A stretch of 64,000 nucleotides of DNA from Planctomycetia bacterium (GCA_005808665.1 SYLG01000007.1:54298-118297); one strand, 5' to 3'; counted from the first letter of the stretch, positions 35,098 to 44,900 are shown. Notes: generated by a model not told the origin, from the sequence alone. Numbers and translations: made by a program.

Positions 35098-36657
35098 ATG
35101 AGTTCCAAGCCACCCAATTCCGCACCAGGAAAAACAATTCCTCAAGAACCATCCCTTTGCGCCGTGATAGCCAGGACACGGCATGGGGTAATGATTGAAG
35201 AAATGCATGCAGCAACCGTCCAGGGATCGGGAATGGTGGAACTCCGCCTGGATTTCCTGGCAAAGGCCCCCGATTTCAAAAGGCTTTTTGAAAAAAAAAC
35301 CAGTTCCATCCTGATTACGGTTCGAAGGAAAAGCGATGGGGGAAAATTTACGGGAACCGAGGCGGAGCGCTTAACCCTGATTAGACAGGCTATTGTGTCC
35401 GGAGCGGATTGGGTGGATTTGGAACAGGATGTGGTTGATTTGGTTCCAAGGTTTTGCAAAGTCAAGCGAATTGTTAGTTACCACAACTATAACGAAACGC
35501 CAGCTGACCTTTTTGGCATTTATGAAAAGCTATGTTCCCTGGATGCGGATGTGGTCAAAATCGCTTGCATGGCCAAGGTTCCGGATGATTTATGGAGGAT
35601 GATGGAATTGTACCAAAATGCTCCCAAACCGACCGTGGCTTTTTGCATGGGAGAATTGGGATTTCCAACCCGGATCCTGAGTGCCAAATTTGGAGCTCCC
35701 TTTATTTATTGTACATTCAATCCAGATCGAACAATTGCGCCAGGAATTCCCTTTTTGAAACAACTAAAAAATATATATTGCACACCTAAAATAAATACAG
35801 AAACAAAAATATTTGGGGTGGTAGGGGATCCCATTGGCCAAAGTTTAAGTCCACTCATTCATAATGCAGGGTTTAGGCAGCTTGGAATCAATGCTGTTTA
35901 TGTTCCATTTATGATTCCAGAAAGAAATTTTACCGAATTTTTGAGGGGGGCTCATAAGTTTGGTATTAATGGTTTAAGTGTTACCATTCCTCACAAAGAG
36001 GCCGCGGCGTATGCCGCCAAGGCCTGTGATGCGGTAGTTAGGTCCACTTCTTCGGCGAATACCCTCCTCAATCGTCCCGTGGGTTGGGAGGGTTTCAACA
36101 CCGATTATCAAGGTGTGGTTGATGCCTTGTTAGGAGGATTACCGCCTTTACCTGGTGGAGAACCGGCTGAACTAAAGGCCAGGCAGGTTCTCATTTTAGG
36201 GGCGGGTGGAGTGGCCCGGAGCATAGGTTTTGCCCTGCTTCAACAGGGGGCGATTGTGACCATTTCAAACCGCACCACCGAAAGGGCCCAGCGGCTTGCA
36301 ATGTTGCTCAATTGCCGTCACCAGGACTGGGTCTCACGGCATAATGTCCTTGCAGACATTGTCATTAATGCTACCTCGCTTGGCATGTATCCAAATGAAA
36401 ATGCCACGCCCATTCATGGAAGTTTTTTTCGACCAGGAATGGTTGTTTTTGATACGGTTTACAATCCGGAGAACACACTTTTCCTGAAAGAAGCAAGGGA
36501 GCGTGGTTCGGTGGTGGTTACCGGTCTTGAATTGTTCATTCGCCAGGGAGCCGCACAATTCCAACATTTCACAGGAATGGCCCCACCGGCAGAATTGATG
36601 CGACAGGTCGCTCGCCAAGCTTTAACCCGGGTGGTTACCAAGGTCACCACTACATGA
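35098..36657 (+). CDS. aroDE: Bifunctional type I 3-dehydroquinate dehydratase / shikimate 5-dehydrogenase fusion
   Basis: 519 aa. The N-terminal half is AroD-like (VELRLDFL, ILITVRRKSDGGKF, IVSYHNYNETP, DVVKIACMA). The C-terminal half is AroE-like (IFGVVGDPIGQSLSPLIHNAGF, GLSVTIPHK, NTDYQG, ILGAGGVARS). Confidence 0.88.
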   Translation: MSSKPPNSAPGKTIPQEPSLCAVIARTRHGVMIEEMHAATVQGSGMVELRLDFLAKAPDFKRLFEKKTSSILITVRRKSDGGKFTGTEAERLTLIRQAIVSGADWVDLEQDVVDLVPRFCKVKRIVSYHNYNETPADLFGIYEKLCSLDADVVKIACMAKVPDDLWRMMELYQNAPKPTVAFCMGELGFPTRILSAKFGAPFIYCTFNPDRTIAPGIPFLKQLKNIYCTPKINTETKIFGVVGDPIGQSLSPLIHNAGFRQLGINAVYVPFMIPERNFTEFLRGAHKFGINGLSVTIPHKEAAAYAAKACDAVVRSTSSANTLLNRPVGWEGFNTDYQGVVDALLGGLPPLPGGEPAELKARQVLILGAGGVARSIGFALLQQGAIVTISNRTTERAQRLAMLLNCRHQDWVSRHNVLADIVINATSLGMYPNENATPIHGSFFRPGMVVFDTVYNPENTLFLKEARERGSVVVTGLELFIRQGAAQFQHFTGMAPPAELMRQVARQALTRVVTKVTTT

Positions 36658-37244
36658 ATCCTTTCCCCAGGAGAATTGCTTTGGTGGGAATGCGTGGATC
36701 GGGAAAAACCACCTTGGCAAAGGCCATTTGTCGAAAATGGGACCTCCCTTTTTTGGATGGGGATGCCATTTTGGAATCCCGGTTATGCATGTCCATCCGG
36801 GATATGTTTGAAAAACATGGGGAAGAATGGTTTCGTGATAGGGAAATGGAATGCCTGGAAGAAATAACAAAAAGTGAATCCTGGGTTTTCGCTACGGGCG
36901 GTGGGGTCATAATCAGAGAAAATAACCGGGAGTGCCTTAAAAAAAGGGCACTGGTTGTTTGGTTGGATGCAACCCCTGATATTTTGGCAACCAGGGTCAC
37001 TGGAGATTCCAGGTCCACCTCGGGGAGACCGCCTTTGGTAGGCAAGGTGCTTCAGGATTCTGATCAAGCGAGGACCTATGAAGTGGTGCACTTGGAGTTG
37101 GCAACGATTTTAAAGGATAGGTTGAACCTGTATCGAAATGGATCCCAAATTCGCTTGAATGCAAATCAGGATTCTTCGGAACAACTGCTTGAACAACTGG
37201 AAAAGAAGTTGGAAAAAAGGATTTTACAAAAGGAATGGGTTTGA
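36654..37244 (+). CDS. aroK: Shikimate kinase
   Basis: 196 aa. ATGA overlap with aroDE. Walker A: IALVGMRGSGKTTLAKA. Also FLDGDAILE, GGGVI. Confidence 0.85.
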   Translation: MNPFPRRIALVGMRGSGKTTLAKAICRKWDLPFLDGDAILESRLCMSIRDMFEKHGEEWFRDREMECLEEITKSESWVFATGGGVIIRENNRECLKKRALVVWLDATPDILATRVTGDSRSTSGRPPLVGKVLQDSDQARTYEVVHLELATILKDRLNLYRNGSQIRLNANQDSSEQLLEQLEKKLEKRILQKEWV

Positions 37245-38350
37245 TGGATTTTCCGTGGCTTTGGATTTGGCTTTTACCGGTTTTCATATTGGGATCCGCA
37301 GTGGGAAGCTTCATCAATGTGGTTGTTACCCGAATTCCAACGGAACGAAGTCTTTTATGGCCCTCATCACACTGCTTAAGTTGTTTTCGACCAATTCGGT
37401 GGTTTCACAACCTGCCAATAATCGGATACCTTTGGTTAAGGGGAAAGTGCGGCAACTGCCATACTCCCTATTCCAGTCGCTACATGTGGGTGGAGGTTTG
37501 TACAGGATTTCTATTTGTGGGTCTTTTTGTTGCCGAGTTTTTAGCCGATGTTCGCGGTGTAGGTTGGTCCAAATTGTTTCTGTATGAGATGAAATTTGGG
37601 TTGATTCCTTTGAGAGGTTGGGCTGTTTTCATTTGCCTTGCCATTTGTTTTTCGCATTTATTGGCTGCATCCTTATGTGATATCCAATCTCTTGAAATCC
37701 CTCTTCCAATTACCATTACGGGAACCCTATTTGGATTAGCCTTAGCCCCTTTTACGGCTTGGCCCTTTCCCTCGGCACCCCTTTCCGTGCCACAAATCGC
37801 TACATGGGAAGACCTCCTTAGAAAATCGCAAATTCCCGTTGGAATCATGCCTTGGCCCTTTTGGTTTCCCGTGCCATGGGAATTGGAAGCTGGTTCCTGG
37901 CAACTTGGCCTTATCGATGGGATTTTGGGAATGATTGTCGGAGCTCTACTCTGCAGAGTGGTTCGATGGGTATATTCCTTTAGCAGGGGAATGGAAGGAA
38001 TGGGGGTTGGGGATTCCGATTTGATGATGATGGCGGGTGCATTTCTGGGGTGGCAGGTGGTTTTGGTGGGGTTTTTCCTTTCGGTTGTCCCGGGAATCCT
38101 TGTTGGAACGGGTCAAATCCTATTTAAGGGAACTCAGTCTTTACCTTTTGGCCCATCCCTGGCTCTGGGATGTGTAATAAGCCTGTATTCGTGGCCTTGG
38201 ATTGGACCGATGGTGAAGCCACTATTTTTTGAACCCGTTCTAATGGGGATTCTGGGTATTTCGTCTATTTTGATATTGGGGGCCTCCGGAATTGCTTTCC
38301 GATTTTTAGGCGGCCCATCGAATGATATTTCTTCAGGTGTGGCTTCATGA
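37235..38350 (+). CDS. Prepilin (type IV pilin leader) peptidase, A24 family
   Basis: 371 aa. Overlaps the aroK stop; an alternative ATG lies at 37244. Motifs: GSAVGSFINVVVTRIP, CLSC...CGNCHTPYSSRY, GVGDSDLMMMAGAFLG. Confidence 0.8.
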   Translation: MGLMDFPWLWIWLLPVFILGSAVGSFINVVVTRIPTERSLLWPSSHCLSCFRPIRWFHNLPIIGYLWLRGKCGNCHTPYSSRYMWVEVCTGFLFVGLFVAEFLADVRGVGWSKLFLYEMKFGLIPLRGWAVFICLAICFSHLLAASLCDIQSLEIPLPITITGTLFGLALAPFTAWPFPSAPLSVPQIATWEDLLRKSQIPVGIMPWPFWFPVPWELEAGSWQLGLIDGILGMIVGALLCRVVRWVYSFSRGMEGMGVGDSDLMMMAGAFLGWQVVLVGFFLSVVPGILVGTGQILFKGTQSLPFGPSLALGCVISLYSWPWIGPMVKPLFFEPVLMGILGISSILILGASGIAFRFLGGPSNDISSGVAS

Positions 38351-39003
38351 GTGTGGACTTGGTAATAGTTGATTATGGCATGGGCAACTTGCGAAGCATT
38401 CAGAAGGCCTTTGAAAACATTGGATTCGATGCCTTGATTTCATCCGACCCCAAAAGGGTCGAAAAATCGGATGTTTTAATCCTTCCCGGGGTTGGGGCGT
38501 TTGGGGATGGAATTGCCAATATTCGTTCCATGGGCCTGGAACAACCCATAATGGCCCATTTGGGTGCCAATAAACCCTTATTGGGAATCTGTTTGGGTAT
38601 GCAACTTTTGTTCGAAATGGGTTACGAAAATGGTATTCATAAGGGGTTAGGGTGGTTTGCTGGAGATGTTGTGCGGTTTCCACCCTTTCCAGGTACAAAG
38701 GTCCCTCACATGGGATGGAACAAAGTCCAATTTGCCAATGGGGAAAACCCTATGGGAAAGGTTCGCAATGGGGAATATTTCTATTTTGTACATGCGTATT
38801 TTGTTAGGCCAAGTGAACCGGAAATCATTGCCACCACAACCAATCACGGAACTACATTTGTTTCCAGTGTCCGCCTTGGAAATGTTTTAGCCACACAATT
38901 TCACCCGGAAAAAAGCCAAAAATCGGGGGCCGACCTCCTAAAATATTTTGTCCAGGACATTGCAGGATTGGATTCCAAGGATTACAGAGACCAGGGAAAA
39001 TGA
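38347..39003 (+). CDS. hisH: Imidazole glycerol phosphate synthase, glutaminase subunit
   Basis: 218 aa. ATGA overlap with the upstream gene. Motifs: VIVDYGMGNLRSIQKAF, LPGVGAFG, GICLGMQLLF, ATQFHPEKS. Confidence 0.92.
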   Translation: MSVDLVIVDYGMGNLRSIQKAFENIGFDALISSDPKRVEKSDVLILPGVGAFGDGIANIRSMGLEQPIMAHLGANKPLLGICLGMQLLFEMGYENGIHKGLGWFAGDVVRFPPFPGTKVPHMGWNKVQFANGENPMGKVRNGEYFYFVHAYFVRPSEPEIIATTTNHGTTFVSSVRLGNVLATQFHPEKSQKSGADLLKYFVQDIAGLDSKDYRDQGK

Positions 39004-39740
39004 TTCTCTACCCAGCAATTGACATCCGTGCAGGCCATTGTGTCCGCCTAATTCAGGGTGATTACAATCGGGAAACAATTTTTGGAATTGATCCTGTGGA
39101 GGTGGCCCAAAAGTGGGTAAATGCAGGTGCCACCTGGCTCCACCTGGTGGATTTGGATGGAGCAAAATCGGGAAAACCAATCAACCTCGAGGTCGTTAGG
39201 GCTATTTGCAGGGCAGTACCAGTTCCTTGCCAATTGGGAGGGGGCATTCGAACCGAATCGGACCTGGAATCCGTTTTTGGATCCGGCGTCGCTCGGGCAA
39301 TTGTGGGAACCCGTGCTATTGATGATCCACTCCGATTTGCCAAATGGTGTAACACTTATCCGGGCAAAATTGCGTTAGGACTGGATGTAAAAGATGGTAT
39401 TCCCGCAGCAAACGGTTGGCTGGAAAAGGGGGGGAGGACTTTGGACGATTTAATAGAGGATGTAACCAAGCTTCCCTTGGCCTCAGTGATTTTTACGGAC
39501 ATTTCCAGGGATGGAACTTTGACCGGATGCAACATTTTGGCGACCGGGCAATTGGCACAGAGGTTGAAACATGAGGTGATTGCTTCGGGAGGGATTTGCA
39601 GCCTGAACGAAATTCAGGATTTGGCGAACCTCGGTGTTGCAGGGGCTATTTTGGGTAGGTCCCTTTATGAGGGTGCCATAAATTTGTCTGAGGCCCTGGA
39701 TTTGGCCTTAACTGTGGGTTTGGCTCCAAAAAGTCGATGA
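39000..39740 (+). CDS. hisA: ProFAR isomerase (1-(5-phosphoribosyl)-5-[(5-phosphoribosylamino)methylideneamino]imidazole-4-carboxamide isomerase)
   Basis: 246 aa. ATGA overlap with hisH. Motifs: ILYPAIDIRAGHCVRL, LHLVDLDGA, GGGIR, FTDISRDGTLTG, ASGGI. Confidence 0.9.
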   Translation: MILYPAIDIRAGHCVRLIQGDYNRETIFGIDPVEVAQKWVNAGATWLHLVDLDGAKSGKPINLEVVRAICRAVPVPCQLGGGIRTESDLESVFGSGVARAIVGTRAIDDPLRFAKWCNTYPGKIALGLDVKDGIPAANGWLEKGGRTLDDLIEDVTKLPLASVIFTDISRDGTLTGCNILATGQLAQRLKHEVIASGGICSLNEIQDLANLGVAGAILGRSLYEGAINLSEALDLALTVGLAPKSR

Positions 39741-39780
39741 AACAAATACAATATAGGCACACCTTATTCGAGATTCCCTC

Positions 39781-40884
39781 ATGGTTGCTTTGAAATCCAT
39801 AATCTTAATCCTCCTTGGTTTGGTGGCGGTCCCGTTTTTCGCCGTGGGTCAGGACAAACCAAATGGGGCTGAAAAGGCAAAGGAGCCGGAAAAATCCAAA
39901 AATGAGGTTAAGCCTAAGGTCGGCAAGCCCCCTACCTTGGCCAAAAAAGATTTTCCAGAACCAACTGGAAAGGACATAGCTTTTCCCAGCGATGTCAAAG
40001 ATTTGGAATATCTCCAAAAGCGTGTTCAGGATTGCCTCATTAAAGTGGAAAAGGCTGTCGTTGGGGTCCAGATTGGGTCGAGTGCTGGGTCAGGGGTCAT
40101 CATTTCAGCCGATGGCTATGTTTTAACAGCGGGCCATGTTTCGGGTGATCCCAATCGACAAGCATCAATCATTCTTCCCCAGGGAAAAAGACTTCGGGCA
40201 ACCACCTTGGGTTGGAACAAGGATATTGACAGTGGATTGATTAAAGTCGAGGAAAAGGGAACCTACCCTTTTGTGGAGGTTGGAGATTCCAAATCCTTGA
40301 AAAAAGGTCAATGGGTCGTGAGTATTGGCCATCCGGGTGGCTACCAACCGGGAAGGGCACCAGTCGTCCGGGTTGGCAGGGTATTGGAAAGAAACAACTC
40401 GGTCATTCGAACCGATTGCACTTTGGTCGGTGGCGATTCCGGAGGCCCATTGTTTGACCTGGAAGGTCGGGTGGTAGGGATTCACAGTCGGATTGGACCC
40501 TTGCTTAACCTCAATTACCATGTCCCCGTGGATACCTTTCGCGATACTTGGGACCGTTTGGTTTCATCGGAAATGTGGGGCGGGAATCCACTTGGTTCAC
40601 TTTTTAGTCCGCGTGACAGGAATCTGCCATGGCTAGGGTTGGTCCTGGATCAAGAAAAGGAAGGCCTTAGGATTAGTGAAGTGGTAAAAGGGTCCCCGGC
40701 GGAAAAAGCTTCCATTTCGGTTGGTGATATCCTGCTTAAAATCGCAGAAACAGACCTAAAAACCCAGGAAGAATTGACAAAGCAACTTCGTCAAAGAAAA
40801 ATTGGACAGGAAATCGTCCTTACCGTGCGGCGCAAGGGTGAAGAGTTGGAAATTCGGGTGCAGCTTGCCCGAAGGCCAGAATAG
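39781..40884 (+). CDS. HtrA/DegP-family serine protease with C-terminal PDZ domain; triad intact
   Basis: 367 aa. Signal peptide. Motifs: GSGVIISADGYVLTAGHV, IDSGLIKV, LVGGDSGGPLFDLEGRVVGIHS. PDZ: GSPAEKASISVGDILLKIAE. Confidence 0.85.
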   Translation: MVALKSIILILLGLVAVPFFAVGQDKPNGAEKAKEPEKSKNEVKPKVGKPPTLAKKDFPEPTGKDIAFPSDVKDLEYLQKRVQDCLIKVEKAVVGVQIGSSAGSGVIISADGYVLTAGHVSGDPNRQASIILPQGKRLRATTLGWNKDIDSGLIKVEEKGTYPFVEVGDSKSLKKGQWVVSIGHPGGYQPGRAPVVRVGRVLERNNSVIRTDCTLVGGDSGGPLFDLEGRVVGIHSRIGPLLNLNYHVPVDTFRDTWDRLVSSEMWGGNPLGSLFSPRDRNLPWLGLVLDQEKEGLRISEVVKGSPAEKASISVGDILLKIAETDLKTQEELTKQLRQRKIGQEIVLTVRRKGEELEIRVQLARRPE

Positions 40885-40929
40885 GGAAATTTACGCAGGA
40901 TCTCATTTTGAGCGGGAGAAAAGGGTCCT

Positions 40930-42231
40930 ATGAAAAGATTTAACCGGATAGCTCGTTTATGGTTTTGGCTAGTTCTGTCCTTTTTGTTTCAGGGTTTTGG
41001 ACCAGGCTTATTTGGCCAAACGCCAGCAAAAACCGAAATAAAACTACCAGGAAAAGACAATTCAGCTTATCTGGAAATTTTTAAACCAGCTATCAAACAA
41101 ATTGCCCCGGCAACTGTAAAAATTCTTTGTATGGGCAAAGAAGTGGCCTTAGGAACAGTGGTGGATTCGACGGGATATATAATTACAAAAGCTAGCGAAG
41201 TGAAATATATGCCCAAAATTCGCCTTAAAGATGGGCGAGAATTTAAAGCAGAAATCGTCGGTATTGAAGAACAGCATGATCTTATGATGCTAAAAATTCC
41301 GCTGGATAAAATGACAACAATTTCTTTTCCAACCTCAAATGCTTTTTCATCCACCGCCGGAAAATGGGTCATTTCACCGGGATTAGGCGATAATCCGTTA
41401 TCCGTGGGTGTTGTTAGTGTGGCCCCCCGGGTATTTGATCCAAAAACAACCAGAATGCCAAGGGCATCAAGTACCGGTTACCTTGGTGTAACTGCGGGAG
41501 ATTCGGGAGAAAATGCCGGCGTTAGGATTGATGGGATGGAACCTGGAGGGGCCGCTGAAAAAACCGGCATGAAAGTGGGTGATATTGTCCTGACCATCAA
41601 AAACAAAAGTGTAAATGCCCCGGAAGAGTTGATAAACATTATGCAAACCACCCGGCCGGGAGAAGTTGTAGTGGTTACCTATAAACGGGATGGTAAAGTT
41701 TCGGAAATGCGGATCAATTTGGGAAAAAGGCCCGCCAATAATCCTCGTGGGGATATTCAAAATCGCATGGGCGGTGAATTGAGCGAACGCAGATCTGCGT
41801 TTCCGGCAATATTGCAACACGATAGTATACTAAAACCAAGTGAATGTGGCGGGCCTCTTTGTGATATCCATGGCAATTGTCTTGGGATTAATATTGCCAG
41901 GGCCGGAAGGGTTGAATCCTATGCCCTTCCCATTGACATTATCGTTACTTTAATTCCGGAGTTTAAAGCGGGAAAATATGCCTGGAATGGTCCCTTGCCG
42001 GGAGAAATTGCCTTAAAGGAGAAAGTCAAGGCCCTTGAATTATTGGTAAAAGAAGGGTTATCGCTGAAAACTGAGGCCGAGAATAAGGTCAAATCGTCCC
42101 AGGGGGCCCTGGATAGTGCTGAAAAAAACCGCCGGGATGTTGAACGAAAACTGAAAGAAAATGAGGATAACCTCAAAAAAGCAAAAGAGGAAGAAAACCT
42201 TTTGGAAAAGGATAAATCAGATAAAAAATAA
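40930..42231 (+). CDS. Degenerate trypsin-fold protein with internally inserted PDZ domain and C-terminal coiled coil (probable pseudoprotease)
   Basis: 433 aa. Signal peptide. YIITKASEV (Ser 41194-41196 at the expected His position). HDLMMLKI retains the Asp. KPSECGGPLCD (Cys 41845-41847 at the expected Ser position). The PDZ segment (GGAAEKTGMKVGDIVLTIKNKSV) lies between the Asp and nucleophile motifs. The tail is K/E-rich coiled coil. Confidence 0.75.
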   Translation: MKRFNRIARLWFWLVLSFLFQGFGPGLFGQTPAKTEIKLPGKDNSAYLEIFKPAIKQIAPATVKILCMGKEVALGTVVDSTGYIITKASEVKYMPKIRLKDGREFKAEIVGIEEQHDLMMLKIPLDKMTTISFPTSNAFSSTAGKWVISPGLGDNPLSVGVVSVAPRVFDPKTTRMPRASSTGYLGVTAGDSGENAGVRIDGMEPGGAAEKTGMKVGDIVLTIKNKSVNAPEELINIMQTTRPGEVVVVTYKRDGKVSEMRINLGKRPANNPRGDIQNRMGGELSERRSAFPAILQHDSILKPSECGGPLCDIHGNCLGINIARAGRVESYALPIDIIVTLIPEFKAGKYAWNGPLPGEIALKEKVKALELLVKEGLSLKTEAENKVKSSQGALDSAEKNRRDVERKLKENEDNLKKAKEEENLLEKDKSDKK

Positions 42232-42248
42232 AATTTGATTTTTGGAAA

Positions 42249-44900
42249 TTAGTCGGGTGCGCGGGATATGCTTTGTGCCCGTAGTGTTTTGTAATCTGTT
42301 TTCCCTGTTCCCAATACAGGTAGCTTTTCCATAAAGACGACCTGATCCAGGCGATAAACTCCACGAAAACCATCCTCCATTAATATTTTGTTGGCCTCGT
42401 GCAGCATGATTTGTCGAGTACTAAAAAGTACAACCCAGCGTTTTCCATTTTCATCGGTTCCCTCCACCGCTGCAGATGGTCCTTCATCGGGTTTGGGAAA
42501 CCTCCTGACAAAGGAATCTTCAAGGGCGGGCAAGGATACCATTTCACCTCCAATTTTGATAAACCTTTTTAACCTTCCCTCGAAATATAAATACCCATTG
42601 GCATCTTGGCGGCAAAGGTCTCCTGTGCGATACCATTTTTTCCCTTGCCTTTCAATAAAGGGATCTTCCTCTTTTCCTTCATACCCGGAAAAAACAGAAG
42701 GACTGGCTACCAGTAACATTCCCCGCTGGCCCGGATCGACCGGTTCCAGGGAATCAATATCCACTATCATGGCCTGGGTTCCAGGTAGTAGGATTCCAAG
42801 GCTTCCAGGAATGGCGGATCCGGGAGGATTTGCAGATACCACGGGACCACATTCCGTGATTCCGTAACCCTCCAGGATTTCCATTTTTGGCACATTTTTA
42901 CGGAACTGCTCGGAAAGTGTACTTTGCAATTTTTCGGCACCGCAAATCGCAAATCGTAATGTTGTCAAATCACCTTCTGAGGAACGATCCAGGATCATTC
43001 CCAAAAATGTGGGGGTTCCAAGCAGAACGGAAACCCGGTAATTGCGTATTTTTTTTGCCAAAGCAGCACTATCTGTTGGATCCGGGTGATGAACAACCCG
43101 AATGCCAAGGGAAAGTGGAAATAGAAAGGTAATCACCAGGCCAAAACTGTGAAATGCCGGTAGGAATCCCAAAAATATTTCGGATTCCAAAAACTGTAGG
43201 TGAGTCTGACCGGCTCTTTGATTGGAAAGGAGGTTATTGTGCGTTAGCGGAACGGCCTTGGGAGCTTTCTCCGAACCACTGGTAAAGAGAATAATGGCTG
43301 CTTGGTTGGGGTCCGTTTGAGGGAGGTTGTCCAAAAACCAGTTTGGGGTGCATTTTGCGCGAAACAATAAATAGAAGAGCCAGAGTTTTTTGATTTTTCC
43401 GCGCATTTCCTCAAGGTAAACCGGCTCCAAACCTGGAATTTCGATTCCAATCCGATCCATAAACCGTTTGGAGGTGAGGAATCTTATTACCCCCGTTTTT
43501 TGAGCGCACTGGGCCGTAATGGCAGGCCCTGTTGTCCAATTGAGGAGAACAGGGACCTTGCCCGCAAGAAAACAAGCAAAGAGTACCACATCATTGCCAA
43601 CCGAGGCGGGAAGCATCACACCAATTCGTGTTTCAGGCAATTTCCTGATTTCATTGGAAAGTGCCCAAGCACCTATCAAAAATCGTTGGAAACTGATCAT
43701 TCCGGAAACATCATCGGCAATGGCAGGCCGGGTTTTGTGTTTCAAACAGGAATGGACCAATGCGTCGGCCAGATGGTTGCCTTGCATGGTTGCAATGCGA
43801 CCAATTCCGGTATCTTTGCTCCAACCAGGCGGGGCAGCTTTGATTTTGGGTTTTGGGCCAGATCCATGAGCCAATGCCCAAAGTGCACCAAGGGTTTGCG
43901 GTACTTCCTCGGCATGAAAACCAAACCTTTGTTCCACCTGAAGAGTGACTTCAGCAAGGTCCAAACTATCAATACCTAATTCTCCCAATTTTTGTTTGGG
44001 AATGGTTTCATCCGGATTTAACTTTCTTAACAACTTCTCTTCTAGTGTTTGGTTGACCTCATCAACTATCACCTTTTGAAAAACCTTGGTGTCATATTCT
44101 TCGTTTTGGCATTCCCAATCACCAATGCCTGAAAGTGATGGCAAAAAAGGGTGATAAGGAATAAGATTAGGTTCGGGAGGCTTTGAGTTACCATAAAATT
44201 CCTCAATGAGCCGGTTAAGGCCGTTTCTGTCAAGGGTTTGATAATCCTGCGGTGTCAGAAGTCGAAAGTGTATTTTTACTTTTCGTTTTGGCATAAAAAA
44301 TAGTAACGAACCAATTAACCAACCCATTACAAAAAAGCTTTGGCTTGTAAATGAAGGTGCCTTTCCCGTGAAACCATAACTAAAACGGCTTCCCCATAAT
44401 CCTTCCGTCCTGACCAACAAAACCTTGGTTTCAGGCACACTTCGCGTTATAGCCTCGACCCCGGAATTTCCGCCAAGTCGATCGGTCCCGTCTCGTTGAA
44501 GTTTGCCAGATGGCCAAAGTATCTGGTTTTGGCCAGATTGTAGGCCTTCTGTAATTTGCAAAAGGGCAACTTTCATTCTTTCCCTTGCATCCACACTAGG
44601 CCGTGTCAAATCAGGGATGGGAATGGCGTTTGCCAAGTTTAAAAAGGGAATCATTAAAGGGTTATTCCAATTTCCCTCCCAGGAAAGTGGCCTGGGTCGC
44701 AGTTGGGACCAAATTTGCGAAAAGATAATTACCGGATCGGAATAGGAGGGATGATTGGGAAGGATCAAAAGTCCTTTTGGATCGTGGTTTTCAAGAACAC
44801 CTTGTAATCCATTTGATTCTACTTTATAACGAAAACATAATAAAATTTTAACAACAAATGATATAAATAAACTAAGTGATGACTTTAATGAATTTATCAT
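42249..44900 (-). CDS. Aas-like tri-domain protein: lysophospholipid acyltransferase + carrier (PP-binding) domain + AMP-dependent acyl ligase
   Basis: 883 aa. HX4D motif: LPNHPSYSDP. Carrier motif: LGELGIDSLDLAEV (Ser codon 43965-43967). Adenylation motifs: ILFTSGSEKAPKAV, GYGITECGP, WYRTGDL, GGEMVS. Confidence 0.8.
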   Translation of the reverse strand: MINSLKSSLSLFISFVVKILLCFRYKVESNGLQGVLENHDPKGLLILPNHPSYSDPVIIFSQIWSQLRPRPLSWEGNWNNPLMIPFLNLANAIPIPDLTRPSVDARERMKVALLQITEGLQSGQNQILWPSGKLQRDGTDRLGGNSGVEAITRSVPETKVLLVRTEGLWGSRFSYGFTGKAPSFTSQSFFVMGWLIGSLLFFMPKRKVKIHFRLLTPQDYQTLDRNGLNRLIEEFYGNSKPPEPNLIPYHPFLPSLSGIGDWECQNEEYDTKVFQKVIVDEVNQTLEEKLLRKLNPDETIPKQKLGELGIDSLDLAEVTLQVEQRFGFHAEEVPQTLGALWALAHGSGPKPKIKAAPPGWSKDTGIGRIATMQGNHLADALVHSCLKHKTRPAIADDVSGMISFQRFLIGAWALSNEIRKLPETRIGVMLPASVGNDVVLFACFLAGKVPVLLNWTTGPAITAQCAQKTGVIRFLTSKRFMDRIGIEIPGLEPVYLEEMRGKIKKLWLFYLLFRAKCTPNWFLDNLPQTDPNQAAIILFTSGSEKAPKAVPLTHNNLLSNQRAGQTHLQFLESEIFLGFLPAFHSFGLVITFLFPLSLGIRVVHHPDPTDSAALAKKIRNYRVSVLLGTPTFLGMILDRSSEGDLTTLRFAICGAEKLQSTLSEQFRKNVPKMEILEGYGITECGPVVSANPPGSAIPGSLGILLPGTQAMIVDIDSLEPVDPGQRGMLLVASPSVFSGYEGKEEDPFIERQGKKWYRTGDLCRQDANGYLYFEGRLKRFIKIGGEMVSLPALEDSFVRRFPKPDEGPSAAVEGTDENGKRWVVLFSTRQIMLHEANKILMEDGFRGVYRLDQVVFMEKLPVLGTGKTDYKTLRAQSISRAPD

